The notes below the pieces were generated by a model, which did no database searches, had not been told where the DNA came from, and was given only the letters and a program-made list of their open reading frames with translations. From Pseudomonadota bacterium (GTDB taxonomy: Bacteria > Desulfobacterota > Binatia > Binatales > Binataceae), in assembly GCA_021323675.1 (NCBI GenBank), contig JAJPKP010000070.1:147887-211886 (forward strand): DNA of 64,000 bases. Reading direction: 5' to 3'. A program made the position numbers and the translations under genes. Below are positions 46,446 through 55,246 of the stretch, piece after piece. Each line of letters opens with the position of its first letter. Within the stretch, counting starts at the first letter, position 1.

Positions 46446-46895
46446 ATGATTCGCCAGTTTCAGTTCGAGGCGGAGATTTACCAGTCGCTGGCCTGCCTGC
46501 CGATGCAGGCGCGGCGCAAACTCGACGCGATCGGGGTCAAGATCGGGCTCGCCCAATGGCAGCAGCTCGGGCGCGGCGAGCGGCTCATGATCTGCCATGC
46601 GCCGGCAAACTCGCCGGAAGAACGCGCCGCGCTCAAGCTGTTCATCGAGGAGGCAACGATGGCGCGCGCGGGCAGCCCTCCAAAAGAGCTGCCGGAAGAA
46701 AAGCGGCGGGTGGCGATTCCGCCGAAATCGCCGCCGGATCGGCTCGTCGCGCACGCGCGCCGGTTCGGCACCGAATTGACGCAGGAGAAATGGGATCGGC
46801 TCGACGACGACGAACGCTACGCGCTGGTGAAGCTCGGCGACGTCGAGCGGCCGAGCCACAACCTGCCATCGGCGCTCAAGGAATTCTTCGCGTAG
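46446..46895 (+). CDS. Small protein resembling the nitrate-reductase-associated protein family (from recall), otherwise hypothetical
   Basis: The N-terminal FQFEAEIYQSLACLPMQARRKLD matches my memory of the family found next to nasA-type genes. The assignment is from recall, not from a database check. Confidence 0.45.
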   Translation: MIRQFQFEAEIYQSLACLPMQARRKLDAIGVKIGLAQWQQLGRGERLMICHAPANSPEERAALKLFIEEATMARAGSPPKELPEEKRRVAIPPKSPPDRLVAHARRFGTELTQEKWDRLDDDERYALVKLGDVERPSHNLPSALKEFFA

Positions 46896-46931
46896 CGGTC
46901 GCTCCAAAAGCCGGCGCCATCCGAAGCCGCG

Positions 46932-48140
46932 CTATTTGATCTCACGCGGATGCAAAACTCCCGCCTGCTTCAGGCGTTCGATCGATTCTTTTGAATAGCC
47001 GAGCTCGGCGAGGATGGGTTCGTTGTGCTCGCCGAGCGCAGGCGCCATCGTTCGCACGTTCGCCGGCGTGCGATCGAAGCGGGCCGCGGGACGCGGCAGG
47101 CGTATGCGGCCGAGGTGCTCGGTATCGTGTTCTTGCAGGATTCCGCTTTCGCGCACCTGCGGATCCTGAAGAAGCTCGATACGCCGGCGGACCGGTGCGG
47201 AAGGAACGTCGTTGGCCAAAAGCCGCGGCAGGATTTCATCCGCCCTCCACTTTTCCAGCTCGGCGGACATGATTTCGCGCCGCGCAACCGCGTTGATGGT
47301 GCGGTCGCGCGCGGTCTTGAAACGCGGATCGTTGATCAAGTCCTCGCGCCCAAACGCCCGGCACATCCCCGTCCATTCTTCATCCGAAAGCGCGCCGGCG
47401 GTCACGTATCGGTCCTGCGTGGCGAAGATCAGGTCGGGCCCGACTTCGCCATCGGATGGGTCGCGCTCCTCGCCGACAAACGTGAGACTCGGCATCGCCT
47501 CCGGCCATAGGTAGGAGATCATCGCGTCGAGCATCGCGATGCGCACGTGCTGGCCTTCTCCGGTGCGCTGCCGATGGAAGAGCGCGGCGGTTATCGCCTG
47601 CGCGGTGGTGAGCGCGGTCGTGTAGTCGGCGATGATAGTACGGACCATCCGCGGGCGCCCCGTATCGCGATCGCGCTGCACATCGGCAAGTCCCGAAAGC
47701 GCCTGGATCACGGGATCGTAGGCGCGCTGCCCGGAATACGGGCCGCGTTCGCCGAAGCCGCTGACCGACACATATATGATGTCGGGGCGAATTTCGCGGA
47801 CGGTATCTTCGCCCAGCCCCAGACGTTCGGGAGCGCCGGCGCGGAAGTTATGCACCAGGACATCCGCCGCGGCAACGAGCCTGCCAAGGATCGCTCGGCC
47901 TTCGGCGGTTTTGAGATCGAGCGCGATCGACCGCTTGTTGCGATTGCTTGCTAGAAACGATGGGTTCATGCCGCGGCGGCCGCGCGCCAGCCGGCGCATC
48001 AGGTCGCCTTCGGGGTTCTCGACCTTGATAACGTCCGCACCCTGATCGGCGAGCATCATGGTGGCGACCGGCCCGGCCACCATCGTGCTCAGGTCTAGAA
48101 CCCGCACGCCTTTGAGAGGTCCGTGGTTGTCGCTGTTCAC
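46932..48140 (-). CDS. CoA-transferase of family III (CaiB/BaiF)
   Basis: The N-terminal Rossmann-like motif is GVRVLDLSTMVAGPVATMMLADQGADVIKVE. It has a GTG start. Confidence 0.85.
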   Translation of the reverse strand: MNSDNHGPLKGVRVLDLSTMVAGPVATMMLADQGADVIKVENPEGDLMRRLARGRRGMNPSFLASNRNKRSIALDLKTAEGRAILGRLVAAADVLVHNFRAGAPERLGLGEDTVREIRPDIIYVSVSGFGERGPYSGQRAYDPVIQALSGLADVQRDRDTGRPRMVRTIIADYTTALTTAQAITAALFHRQRTGEGQHVRIAMLDAMISYLWPEAMPSLTFVGEERDPSDGEVGPDLIFATQDRYVTAGALSDEEWTGMCRAFGREDLINDPRFKTARDRTINAVARREIMSAELEKWRADEILPRLLANDVPSAPVRRRIELLQDPQVRESGILQEHDTEHLGRIRLPRPAARFDRTPANVRTMAPALGEHNEPILAELGYSKESIERLKQAGVLHPREIK

Positions 48141-48151
48141 AGTCTGCTCCG

Positions 48152-48784
48152 TCAGTCAGCGTAGTTCCGCGCGAATGCGTCCCGGTAGGCCGGGCGCCTT
48201 GTCATCCGCCTCCGATATTCCATCACACTATCGGGAAGCGCGAGCCCCTCCGCGATTGCCCAATCTAGGCAGGTCGTCAGGAGAATGTCCGCCGCGCTCA
48301 ACCGGCTGCCGAGCAGAAACGGAGTCTCGATGCCGATTCGCGGCGCCATCGCTTCGAGGTTGTGCGCGAAGTACTTTTTCGCCGCGTCCACCGCGGTCGG
48401 CGCTTCTCCATAGATGTGCTTCAAACCCAGATGCCTGCGCACGGTGTACAGTGAGGCGGCATCCAACTCGGTCATGATGAAGTAGCACCACTCGTTCAGG
48501 ACCGCGCGGCCCGCCGCATCGACCGGCGCGTGGATCGACGGACTTGGAAAGGTGTCGGCCAGGTACTGCACGATTGCGGCGCTTTCGGCAATCGTGAACG
48601 ATCCGTGCCGCAGCACCGGAATCTTGTGGCGCGGGTTGATGCGCCTGAACTCCGGGGCGAGCGTCTCTCCGGTCCGTGCCTTGATCGGACGGGTGATGTA
48701 TTCCTGGCCGAGCTCCAGCAACATCCAATGCGGACGCATCGTACGCGAGGTCCCGGTTCCCCACAGAATCAAATCATCAGCCAT
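48152..48784 (-). CDS. Glutathione S-transferase
   Basis: It has the GST N-terminal thioredoxin-like domain and C-terminal helical domain (ESAAIVQYL). The ATG at 48784 lies inside the longer track ORF. Confidence 0.8.
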   Translation of the reverse strand: MADDLILWGTGTSRTMRPHWMLLELGQEYITRPIKARTGETLAPEFRRINPRHKIPVLRHGSFTIAESAAIVQYLADTFPSPSIHAPVDAAGRAVLNEWCYFIMTELDAASLYTVRRHLGLKHIYGEAPTAVDAAKKYFAHNLEAMAPRIGIETPFLLGSRLSAADILLTTCLDWAIAEGLALPDSVMEYRRRMTRRPAYRDAFARNYAD

Positions 48785-48959
48785 GGTCCTGTTTCGCTCC
48801 TGTCTTACAGCGGCGGCTAGTGGCCATTTGGCCGCCTGCTGGACACAACGGCGCGGGTATTCGAAGAGACCTGGGTTGCATCCCATTGATTGGGATCTTA
48901 AAGTCGATCCTATTCGTGACGCTCGTAATCAAACGAGTCAAGAGTTGGAGCTGGGCCGC

Positions 48960-49553
48960 ATGCGAGTATCCAGGGAACAGGTCTCCGAAAATCGCCGCCA
49001 GATCCTCTCCGCCGCCGCGCGGCTGTTTCGCGAGAACGGGATCGCCGCCACCGGCGTTGACGAAATTGCCGAGCGCGCCGGACTGACCCACGGCAGCGTC
49101 TACAGCCAGTTCGGCTCCAAGGATGCCGTAGCGGCGGCGGCAATCCTGTTCGCCTCCGCCGGGTCCCTGCGAAGATGGGGGCGCGCCGCCGAGCGCGCGC
49201 CGGGAAAGCCGGCCTTGCGCGAGATCGTCAAAGGCTACCTGTCCCGCGATCATCGCGATGCTCCCGGCCACGGATGCGTGCTCGCCGCGCTCGGTCCGGA
49301 CGCCGGCCGTGGGCCGCGAGCGACCCGCAATGCGTTTACCCGGGCGTTGCGGGGGGCGGTGGATTTCATCGCGGGCCTCATGCCCGATCGTGTCGCGTCG
49401 AAGCGCGAGGAGCGGGCCCTCGCCCTGTTCTCGCAAATGGTCGGAGCATTGATTCTGGCCCGCGCCGTCGATGACGAAGCTCTGTCGGATCGAATCCTGC
49501 GCGCGTCGTCCCGGCACGCGATCGCCGTCGCCGATCATTCTCCGAATCGATAG
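48960..49553 (+). CDS. TetR/AcrR-family transcriptional regulator
   Basis: The N-terminal HTH is GIAATGVDEIAERAGLTHGSVYSQFGSKD. The ATG at 48960 lies inside a long spurious upstream extension. Confidence 0.8.
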   Translation: MRVSREQVSENRRQILSAAARLFRENGIAATGVDEIAERAGLTHGSVYSQFGSKDAVAAAAILFASAGSLRRWGRAAERAPGKPALREIVKGYLSRDHRDAPGHGCVLAALGPDAGRGPRATRNAFTRALRGAVDFIAGLMPDRVASKREERALALFSQMVGALILARAVDDEALSDRILRASSRHAIAVADHSPNR

Positions 49554-49563
49554 GAGAGGTCTT

Positions 49564-50307
49564 GTGGAATTCAGGAACGCAACCGCCGTGGTCATTGGCG
49601 CCGGGGACTATATCGGCGCCGCAATCGCCAGGAAATTCGCCGCCGAAGGATTCACTGTCTTTGCCGGCAGGCGGCAGGGCAACAAGCTCGCGCCGCTGGT
49701 CTCCGAAGTCGAGGCGGCCGGCGGAAGGATCTTCGCGCGCGGGCTCGATGCGCGCAAGGAAGAGGACATCACCGCGTTTCTGAACGAAGCTGAGCGGCAG
49801 GCGCCGCTTGAAGTGTGCATCTTCAACATCGGCGCCAACGTCAATTTTCCGCTGGTGGAAACCACCGAACGGGTGTTTCGCAAGGTCTGGGAGATGGCCT
49901 GTTACTCCGGCTTTCTTGCGGGGCGCGAGGCCGCCCGCCTGATGCTGCCGCGCGGCCGCGGCGCGATCTTTTTCACCGGCGCGACTGCGAGCCTCCGCGG
50001 CGGCATCGGATACGCGGCGTTTGCCGCGGCGAAATTCGGCCTGCGCGCGGTCGCGCAGAGCGCGGCGCGCGAACTCGGGCCCAGGAATATCCACGTCGCG
50101 CATCTGATCATCGATGCCGGGGTGGATACCGCCTGGGTCCGCGACCGCATCCGGGAACGCGAGGGCGAGGACGCGATCAAAAATCTGGACCTGACCCGCC
50201 TGATGACGCCGGCTTCGGTGGCCGAGACGTATTGGCAGCTCTATCGGCAGCCGCGCGACGCGTGGACCTTCGAGATGGAGATTCGTCCATTCCGCGAAAA
50301 ATGGTGA
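49564..50307 (+). CDS. Short-chain dehydrogenase/reductase (SDR)
   Basis: It has the VIGAGDYIG Rossmann motif and the catalytic Y-x3-K (YAAFAAAK). The GTG at 49564 follows a GGAGAGG RBS. Confidence 0.75.
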   Translation: MEFRNATAVVIGAGDYIGAAIARKFAAEGFTVFAGRRQGNKLAPLVSEVEAAGGRIFARGLDARKEEDITAFLNEAERQAPLEVCIFNIGANVNFPLVETTERVFRKVWEMACYSGFLAGREAARLMLPRGRGAIFFTGATASLRGGIGYAAFAAAKFGLRAVAQSAARELGPRNIHVAHLIIDAGVDTAWVRDRIREREGEDAIKNLDLTRLMTPASVAETYWQLYRQPRDAWTFEMEIRPFREKW

Positions 50308-50921
50308 GCCAAATGAAAACCGTGGAATTTCATTTCGACTTCGGCAGCCCCAACGCCTATCTGAGTCACCTGGTAATCCCCGAGATCGAGAAGCGCACCG
50401 GAGCCAAATTCGAGTATGTTCCCGTCCTGCTCGGCGGCGTCTTCAAGATGACCAACAACCGCTCGCCCGCGGAGACTCTGAGAGGCATCAAAAACAAGCC
50501 CGAGTACGAGCGCCTTGAGACGCAGCGCTTCATCAAGCGCCACGGCATCACGAAGTTTCAAAGCAACCCCTTCTTTCCGGTAAACACCCTGATGATCATG
50601 CGCGGCGCCATCGCCGCGAAATCGATGGGCATCTTCGATCGCTACATCGATGAGGTCTACCGCCATATGTGGGCCGAGCCAAAGAAGATGGACGATCCCG
50701 CCGTCGTTCGGAAGGTCCTGGAGGGCGCCGGATTCGATTCCGCGATCTTGTTCGAGTTGATTCAAACCCAGCCGGTCAAAGACGAGCTGATTCGCAACAC
50801 CGAGCGCTCGGTCGCGCGCGGCACTTTCGGTTCTCCCACTTTCTATGTCGATGAGGAGATCTTCTTTGGCAAGGACCGCCTGCGCGACGTCGAGGAGATG
50901 CTGGGCGGCCCGAACAAGTGA
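50301..50921 (+). CDS. 2-hydroxychromene-2-carboxylate isomerase / DsbA-like thioredoxin-fold protein
   Basis: VEFHFDFGSPNAYLSH matches the HCCA-isomerase family N-terminus, which has Ser in place of the DsbA Cys. The start is the ATG at 50301 or at 50313. Confidence 0.7.
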   Translation: MVSQMKTVEFHFDFGSPNAYLSHLVIPEIEKRTGAKFEYVPVLLGGVFKMTNNRSPAETLRGIKNKPEYERLETQRFIKRHGITKFQSNPFFPVNTLMIMRGAIAAKSMGIFDRYIDEVYRHMWAEPKKMDDPAVVRKVLEGAGFDSAILFELIQTQPVKDELIRNTERSVARGTFGSPTFYVDEEIFFGKDRLRDVEEMLGGPNK

Positions 50922-51019
50922 TAGGTCTGGATTGATTGCCGCACGGTAGTCATTGTAGAGCGTGGTGGACAGGACCAGTCAGGCCGCGATCGAAATCGAC
51001 AACTCGACGAGGACCATCA

Positions 51020-52204
51020 ATGGACTTCAACTACTCACCTGAAGACGAGGCGTTTCGGCAGGAAGTGCGCCAATGGCTGGAAGCGAACCGGGAGTTCGCT
51101 CCGGCCTCGGTCAGCATCCTCGCGAATGAATCGGATGAGCAATGGAAGGCGCGCGTCCGATGGCACAAGAAGCTCCACGAGGGCGGCTGGGTGGCCGTCA
51201 ATTGGCCGAAGGAATACGGCGGGCGTGGCGCAACCGTGATGCAACGCCTGATCTTTCGCGAAGAGCTTGCGCGTCTCAATCTGAGCGAGCCCGGCATTGG
51301 GATGGGCATCAGTCTGCTCGGTCCGACCTTGATGCATTGGGGGACCGATGAGCAAAAGCGCCGCCATCTCCCGGCCATCCTGCGCGGAGAAGAGATCTGG
51401 TGCCAGGGCTACAGCGAGCCCGGCTCGGGGTCCGATCTCGCCTCAATTCAGACGCGCGCCGTCGAGGAAGGCGACTACTTCGTGGTCAACGGGCAGAAAG
51501 TGTGGACCTCGATGGCGCAGCATGCGGACTGGATCTTCGCGCTGGTGCGAACCGACCCGGATGCACCCAGGCACAAGGGGATCACCTATCTGCTCATCGA
51601 CATGCACAGCACCGGCATCACGGTCCGCCCGCTGGTCCAGATGACCGGAGGCAAGGGCTTCAACGAAGTGTTCTTCGAGGACGTCCGCGTGCCGAAAAAG
51701 AACGTCGTGGGCGAGAAGAACAACGGATGGCAGGTCGCGATGACGACGCTGATGTTCGAGCGCGGGGGCGGCGCCGGGATGGGCGGCCCGATGCAGGAAG
51801 TCAGGGAGCTCGTCGACCTGGCAAAGCGGCTGCCGCGCGATGGCGGCGTGGCGTGGGACGATCCCGGAGTGCGCCAGAAGATCGTCGAGTTTGCGTCCGA
51901 TGCGATGGCGCTGAAGTACACGGGCTATCGCCAGCTCACCCGCCAGCTCAAGGGTCTGCCGCCCGGGCCGGAAGGTTCGATGATGAAGTTGTGCAATACG
52001 GAACTGGCGCTGCGAATCGCGTTGTTCGCGATGGAGCTGCTGGGTCCGTACAGCCAGCTCGAATTTGGCGCGCCGTTCGCGATCGACAAGGGCAAGTGGT
52101 CGTTCCGGATGCTGGCGGCGCGCGGTCCCACAATTTACGCCGGCACCAACCAAATCCAGCACAACATCATTGGCGAACGGGTCCTCGGTCTGCCGAAGGG
52201 GTGA
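51020..52204 (+). CDS. Acyl-CoA dehydrogenase
   Basis: It has the acyl-CoA dehydrogenase domains. The start is the ATG at 51020 (MDFNYSPEDEAFRQ...). Confidence 0.85.
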   Translation: MDFNYSPEDEAFRQEVRQWLEANREFAPASVSILANESDEQWKARVRWHKKLHEGGWVAVNWPKEYGGRGATVMQRLIFREELARLNLSEPGIGMGISLLGPTLMHWGTDEQKRRHLPAILRGEEIWCQGYSEPGSGSDLASIQTRAVEEGDYFVVNGQKVWTSMAQHADWIFALVRTDPDAPRHKGITYLLIDMHSTGITVRPLVQMTGGKGFNEVFFEDVRVPKKNVVGEKNNGWQVAMTTLMFERGGGAGMGGPMQEVRELVDLAKRLPRDGGVAWDDPGVRQKIVEFASDAMALKYTGYRQLTRQLKGLPPGPEGSMMKLCNTELALRIALFAMELLGPYSQLEFGAPFAIDKGKWSFRMLAARGPTIYAGTNQIQHNIIGERVLGLPKG

Positions 52205-52280
52205 TCGCTTGAGGCCGGCGACAGCGTGAGACATTGCCGGAGATTGAGTTCACTCTCGCCCGACCGCTTGAAGGTATGCC

Positions 52281-52997
52281 ATGGAACTGGCGAAGAATTG
52301 TATTGACGTAGGATTGTTCACCAATCGGCTTGACGAGATGAAGGCCTTCTATGGCGATCGTCTGCGATTGCCATACGAGGAGATGCTGCCGCTCGGCGGC
52401 GGCCTGCAGCAGCATCGCTACGGTCTGCTCGGCTCGGTGCTGAAGATCAACCATTCGCGCGACCCGTTGCCACCGCGTGTTGCCGGCGGCTACCTGCGAA
52501 TCACCATCTCCGATCCGCGCACCCCGATGCCGTTCGAGCTGACGGATCCCGACGGCAATTCGATCGAGCTGGTTCCTTCGGGCCAGCGCGGCATCCGGCA
52601 GATCGAAGTTCAAATCGGCGTAACCGACGAGCGCGAGTTTGCGAGGTTTTATGGCGAGGTGCTCGGGGGCGAGCGTCTCGACGATCGCCGCTATCGAATC
52701 GGCGAGACTATCGTCAGCTTCGCGCACGATCCGGAGGCCCGCCGCGCCGAGAGATCGGGATCGGCGACCGCGGCTGAGGTAATCGCGACGATGCGCGCCG
52801 TCGGCTTCCGGTACATTACGATCCAGGTTCGCGGTTGCGACGCGGAACACAGGCGGTTTCTTTCGATGGGAGTATGGGAAGGAGCGCCGCCGGTGACCCT
52901 GGGAAAGGTCGCCAGAATCTCCTTCATCCGCGACCCGGACGGAAACTGGATCGAAATTTCGCAGCGCGCGTCGCTGACCGGCGCGCTGCCCGAGTAA
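52281..52997 (+). CDS. Two-domain VOC (glyoxalase/dioxygenase-fold) protein
   Basis: It has tandem beta-alpha-beta-beta-beta modules. Confidence 0.65.
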   Translation: MELAKNCIDVGLFTNRLDEMKAFYGDRLRLPYEEMLPLGGGLQQHRYGLLGSVLKINHSRDPLPPRVAGGYLRITISDPRTPMPFELTDPDGNSIELVPSGQRGIRQIEVQIGVTDEREFARFYGEVLGGERLDDRRYRIGETIVSFAHDPEARRAERSGSATAAEVIATMRAVGFRYITIQVRGCDAEHRRFLSMGVWEGAPPVTLGKVARISFIRDPDGNWIEISQRASLTGALPE

Positions 52998-53013
52998 GCC
53001 TCGGATATCGGCG

Positions 53014-54219
53014 TCAGGCCCAGCGCGATCTGGGCCTGCTGCGCGATCGCGAACGATCCGAAGAAAAGAGCTTGACCGGCTTGGGCGCGGTGATCTGAAT
53101 CTTTTCGAATCCCTCGACGTGTTCGCGTTCGAGTTGCTCGCCGAGGACGCGCTCCAGGCGGGCCAGAGTGACGCGCTCTTCCGGAGTCACCAGGCTGATC
53201 GCTTCGCCCGACTTGCCCATCCGCGCCGTGCGGCCCACGCGATGGATGTAACTTTCGGTTTCCTCGGGAAGGTCGAAGTTGATCACGTGAGAGACATCGG
53301 GGATGTCCAGTCCGCGCGCGGCCAGGTCGGTTGCGACCATCACGCGAAACCGGCGCGCCCGGAACCCGGCCAGCGCGGCATTGCGTTGTCCCTGAGAGCG
53401 GTCGCCGTGAATCTGCACCGCGCGAATATGCGCATGCTGGAGCATCCGCGCGATCCGGTCCGCGCGGCTTTTGGTCCTCGTAAAGACGATCGCTCGTTCG
53501 ATTTCGGGCCGTTTGAGAATCTCGAGCAGCATCTTGCTCTTGTCTTCAAGCGCCACCGGGTAGATTGACTGCCGAACCGTGGACGGCGGCGCGGTTTTTT
53601 CCCCGATGGTGACGCGCGCGGGATTATGGAGGAACTCGCGCGCGAGCATCTCCGGCCCGGATGCCATCGTTGCCGAAAACATCATGGTCTGCCGATGCCG
53701 AGGCACCATCTTCATGATCCGCTTGAGCTGCGGCAGAAAGCCCATGTCGAGCAGGCGATCCGCCTCGTCGATGACGACGACTTCGATGCGGTCGAGCTTT
53801 ACGATGTGCCTTTCGAGGTAGTCGATGAGCCTGCCGGGGCATGCGACCAGAACCTGCGCACCCGAGCGAATTTCCTCGATCTGCCGCTTCTCCGATTCTC
53901 CTCCCATCACGACTGCGGCGCGCAGCCGCGTATGGCGCGCGAGCAGGGTGAACTCCCGCGCAACCTGGGTGGCCAATTCGCGGGTCGGAGTAATTATCAG
54001 GGCGGCCAGATGATCGCTGTGGCTGCGATGCAGGCGATCCAGCGTCGGCGCGAGAAATGCGCAGGTCTTGCCGCTGCCGGTTTCGGCGGTTGCTACCACA
54101 TCGCGCCCTTCCAGTGCGACCGGAATGGTCTCAGCCTGAACCGGTGTTGGCTGGTGATGTCCCCGATCGGAGAGAGCGCGCTGAATTTCGGGCGCGAGAT
54201 GAAATTCGGAAAAAAGCAA
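53014..54219 (-). CDS. DEAD-box ATP-dependent RNA helicase
   Basis: It has the Q motif, Walker A (AETGSGKT), DEAD (VIDEAD), SAT, and HRVGRTAR. It has an Arg/Ser-rich C-terminal tail. It has a TTG start. Confidence 0.9.
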   Translation of the reverse strand: MLFSEFHLAPEIQRALSDRGHHQPTPVQAETIPVALEGRDVVATAETGSGKTCAFLAPTLDRLHRSHSDHLAALIITPTRELATQVAREFTLLARHTRLRAAVVMGGESEKRQIEEIRSGAQVLVACPGRLIDYLERHIVKLDRIEVVVIDEADRLLDMGFLPQLKRIMKMVPRHRQTMMFSATMASGPEMLAREFLHNPARVTIGEKTAPPSTVRQSIYPVALEDKSKMLLEILKRPEIERAIVFTRTKSRADRIARMLQHAHIRAVQIHGDRSQGQRNAALAGFRARRFRVMVATDLAARGLDIPDVSHVINFDLPEETESYIHRVGRTARMGKSGEAISLVTPEERVTLARLERVLGEQLEREHVEGFEKIQITAPKPVKLFSSDRSRSRSRPRSRWA

Positions 54220-54360
54220 TGGTGCTTTCAGATACCAGTATTAATGATACCGGTCGGATGACGACCTGACAACGCGGGTTTTTCAGGCTCCACGGATGCC
54301 GAGGATGCGGGTCCGTCCGGCCTGAGCGGTCGCTTTCCCAGGGGCGGCGGCAAGCACATT

Positions 54361-55125
54361 CTAAAATTTCCCGTGGCGGCCGGCCCCGGCGGCAAAGCGC
54401 TGCGCGCCCTCGCGTGTCTCCCCTGAATTGATGGTCGCGATGCCGTGACGGTACTCGTTGGCGAGCGCATCGCCGAGCGGCATTGTCCACGCCTCATAGG
54501 CCGACATCCGGTCCGACCGAACGCATCGCTGCGGAAATGCGGCGATGCGGCCCGCAAGTTCGCGCGCTCCCGCCAGCGCCTCGCCTTTCTCCGTCAGGCG
54601 GTTCGCCAGCCCCATCCGGAGCGCTTCGTCACCCGACACGCCGCGTCCGGTGAGAATCATGTCCATCGCGTGGCTCATCCCGATGAGCCGGGGCAAGCGG
54701 ACTGTTCCCCCATCGACCAGCGGAACGCCCCATCGCCTGCAGAACACGCCGAAGACGGCGTCGCGCGCGGCGACGCGCATATCGCACCAGAGGGCGAGTT
54801 CGAGTCCTCCCGCCACCGCGAACCCTTCGACCGCGGCGATCACCGGCTTGCTGAGCAGCATACGGGTGCATCCCAGCGGTCCATCGCCGGTCTCCGTGAC
54901 GCGGTTGCCCCGGTCGGTCGCGACCGCTTTCAGGTCCGCGCCGGCGCAAAAGAACCCGCCTTTGCCGGTGAGGATGGCGACGTTCAGATTCGGGTCGGCA
55001 TCGAAGCGCCGGAAGGCGGCGACGAGTTCGGCCGCGGTCGGCCGGTCGACCGCATTTCTGGCCTCGGGGCGATTGATGGTCACAATCGCGAGGTTGGCGT
55101 CCGTTTCGTACTCAACCAGGCTCAT
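54361..55125 (-). CDS. Enoyl-CoA hydratase/isomerase family protein
   Basis: It has the crotonase fold (GGFFCAGADLK). It has a GGAGAA RBS. Confidence 0.85.
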   Translation of the reverse strand: MSLVEYETDANLAIVTINRPEARNAVDRPTAAELVAAFRRFDADPNLNVAILTGKGGFFCAGADLKAVATDRGNRVTETGDGPLGCTRMLLSKPVIAAVEGFAVAGGLELALWCDMRVAARDAVFGVFCRRWGVPLVDGGTVRLPRLIGMSHAMDMILTGRGVSGDEALRMGLANRLTEKGEALAGARELAGRIAAFPQRCVRSDRMSAYEAWTMPLGDALANEYRHGIATINSGETREGAQRFAAGAGRHGKF

Positions 55126-55246
55126 CGGAAGGTTCTCCCTAAGTTAACGCGGGGGCGAGCGTGGCGGATCCGGCGCTCGCCCTTCCGGCCAGATTATGCC
55201 AACTATGGCGTGACGCAAGATCGTCGTAGGTCTCGGAGCGTTCCTG

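Noticed and set aside
48552-48959. A long N-terminal extension of the TetR ORF. Similar extensions occur on the ORFs for the MOSC, phosphotransferase, cysA, cysW, GST and second acyl-CoA dehydrogenase genes.
   Set aside because: These upstream extensions overlap neighbouring genes and have junk composition. The internal ATG or GTG starts, which have RBSs or stop/start overlaps, were used instead.
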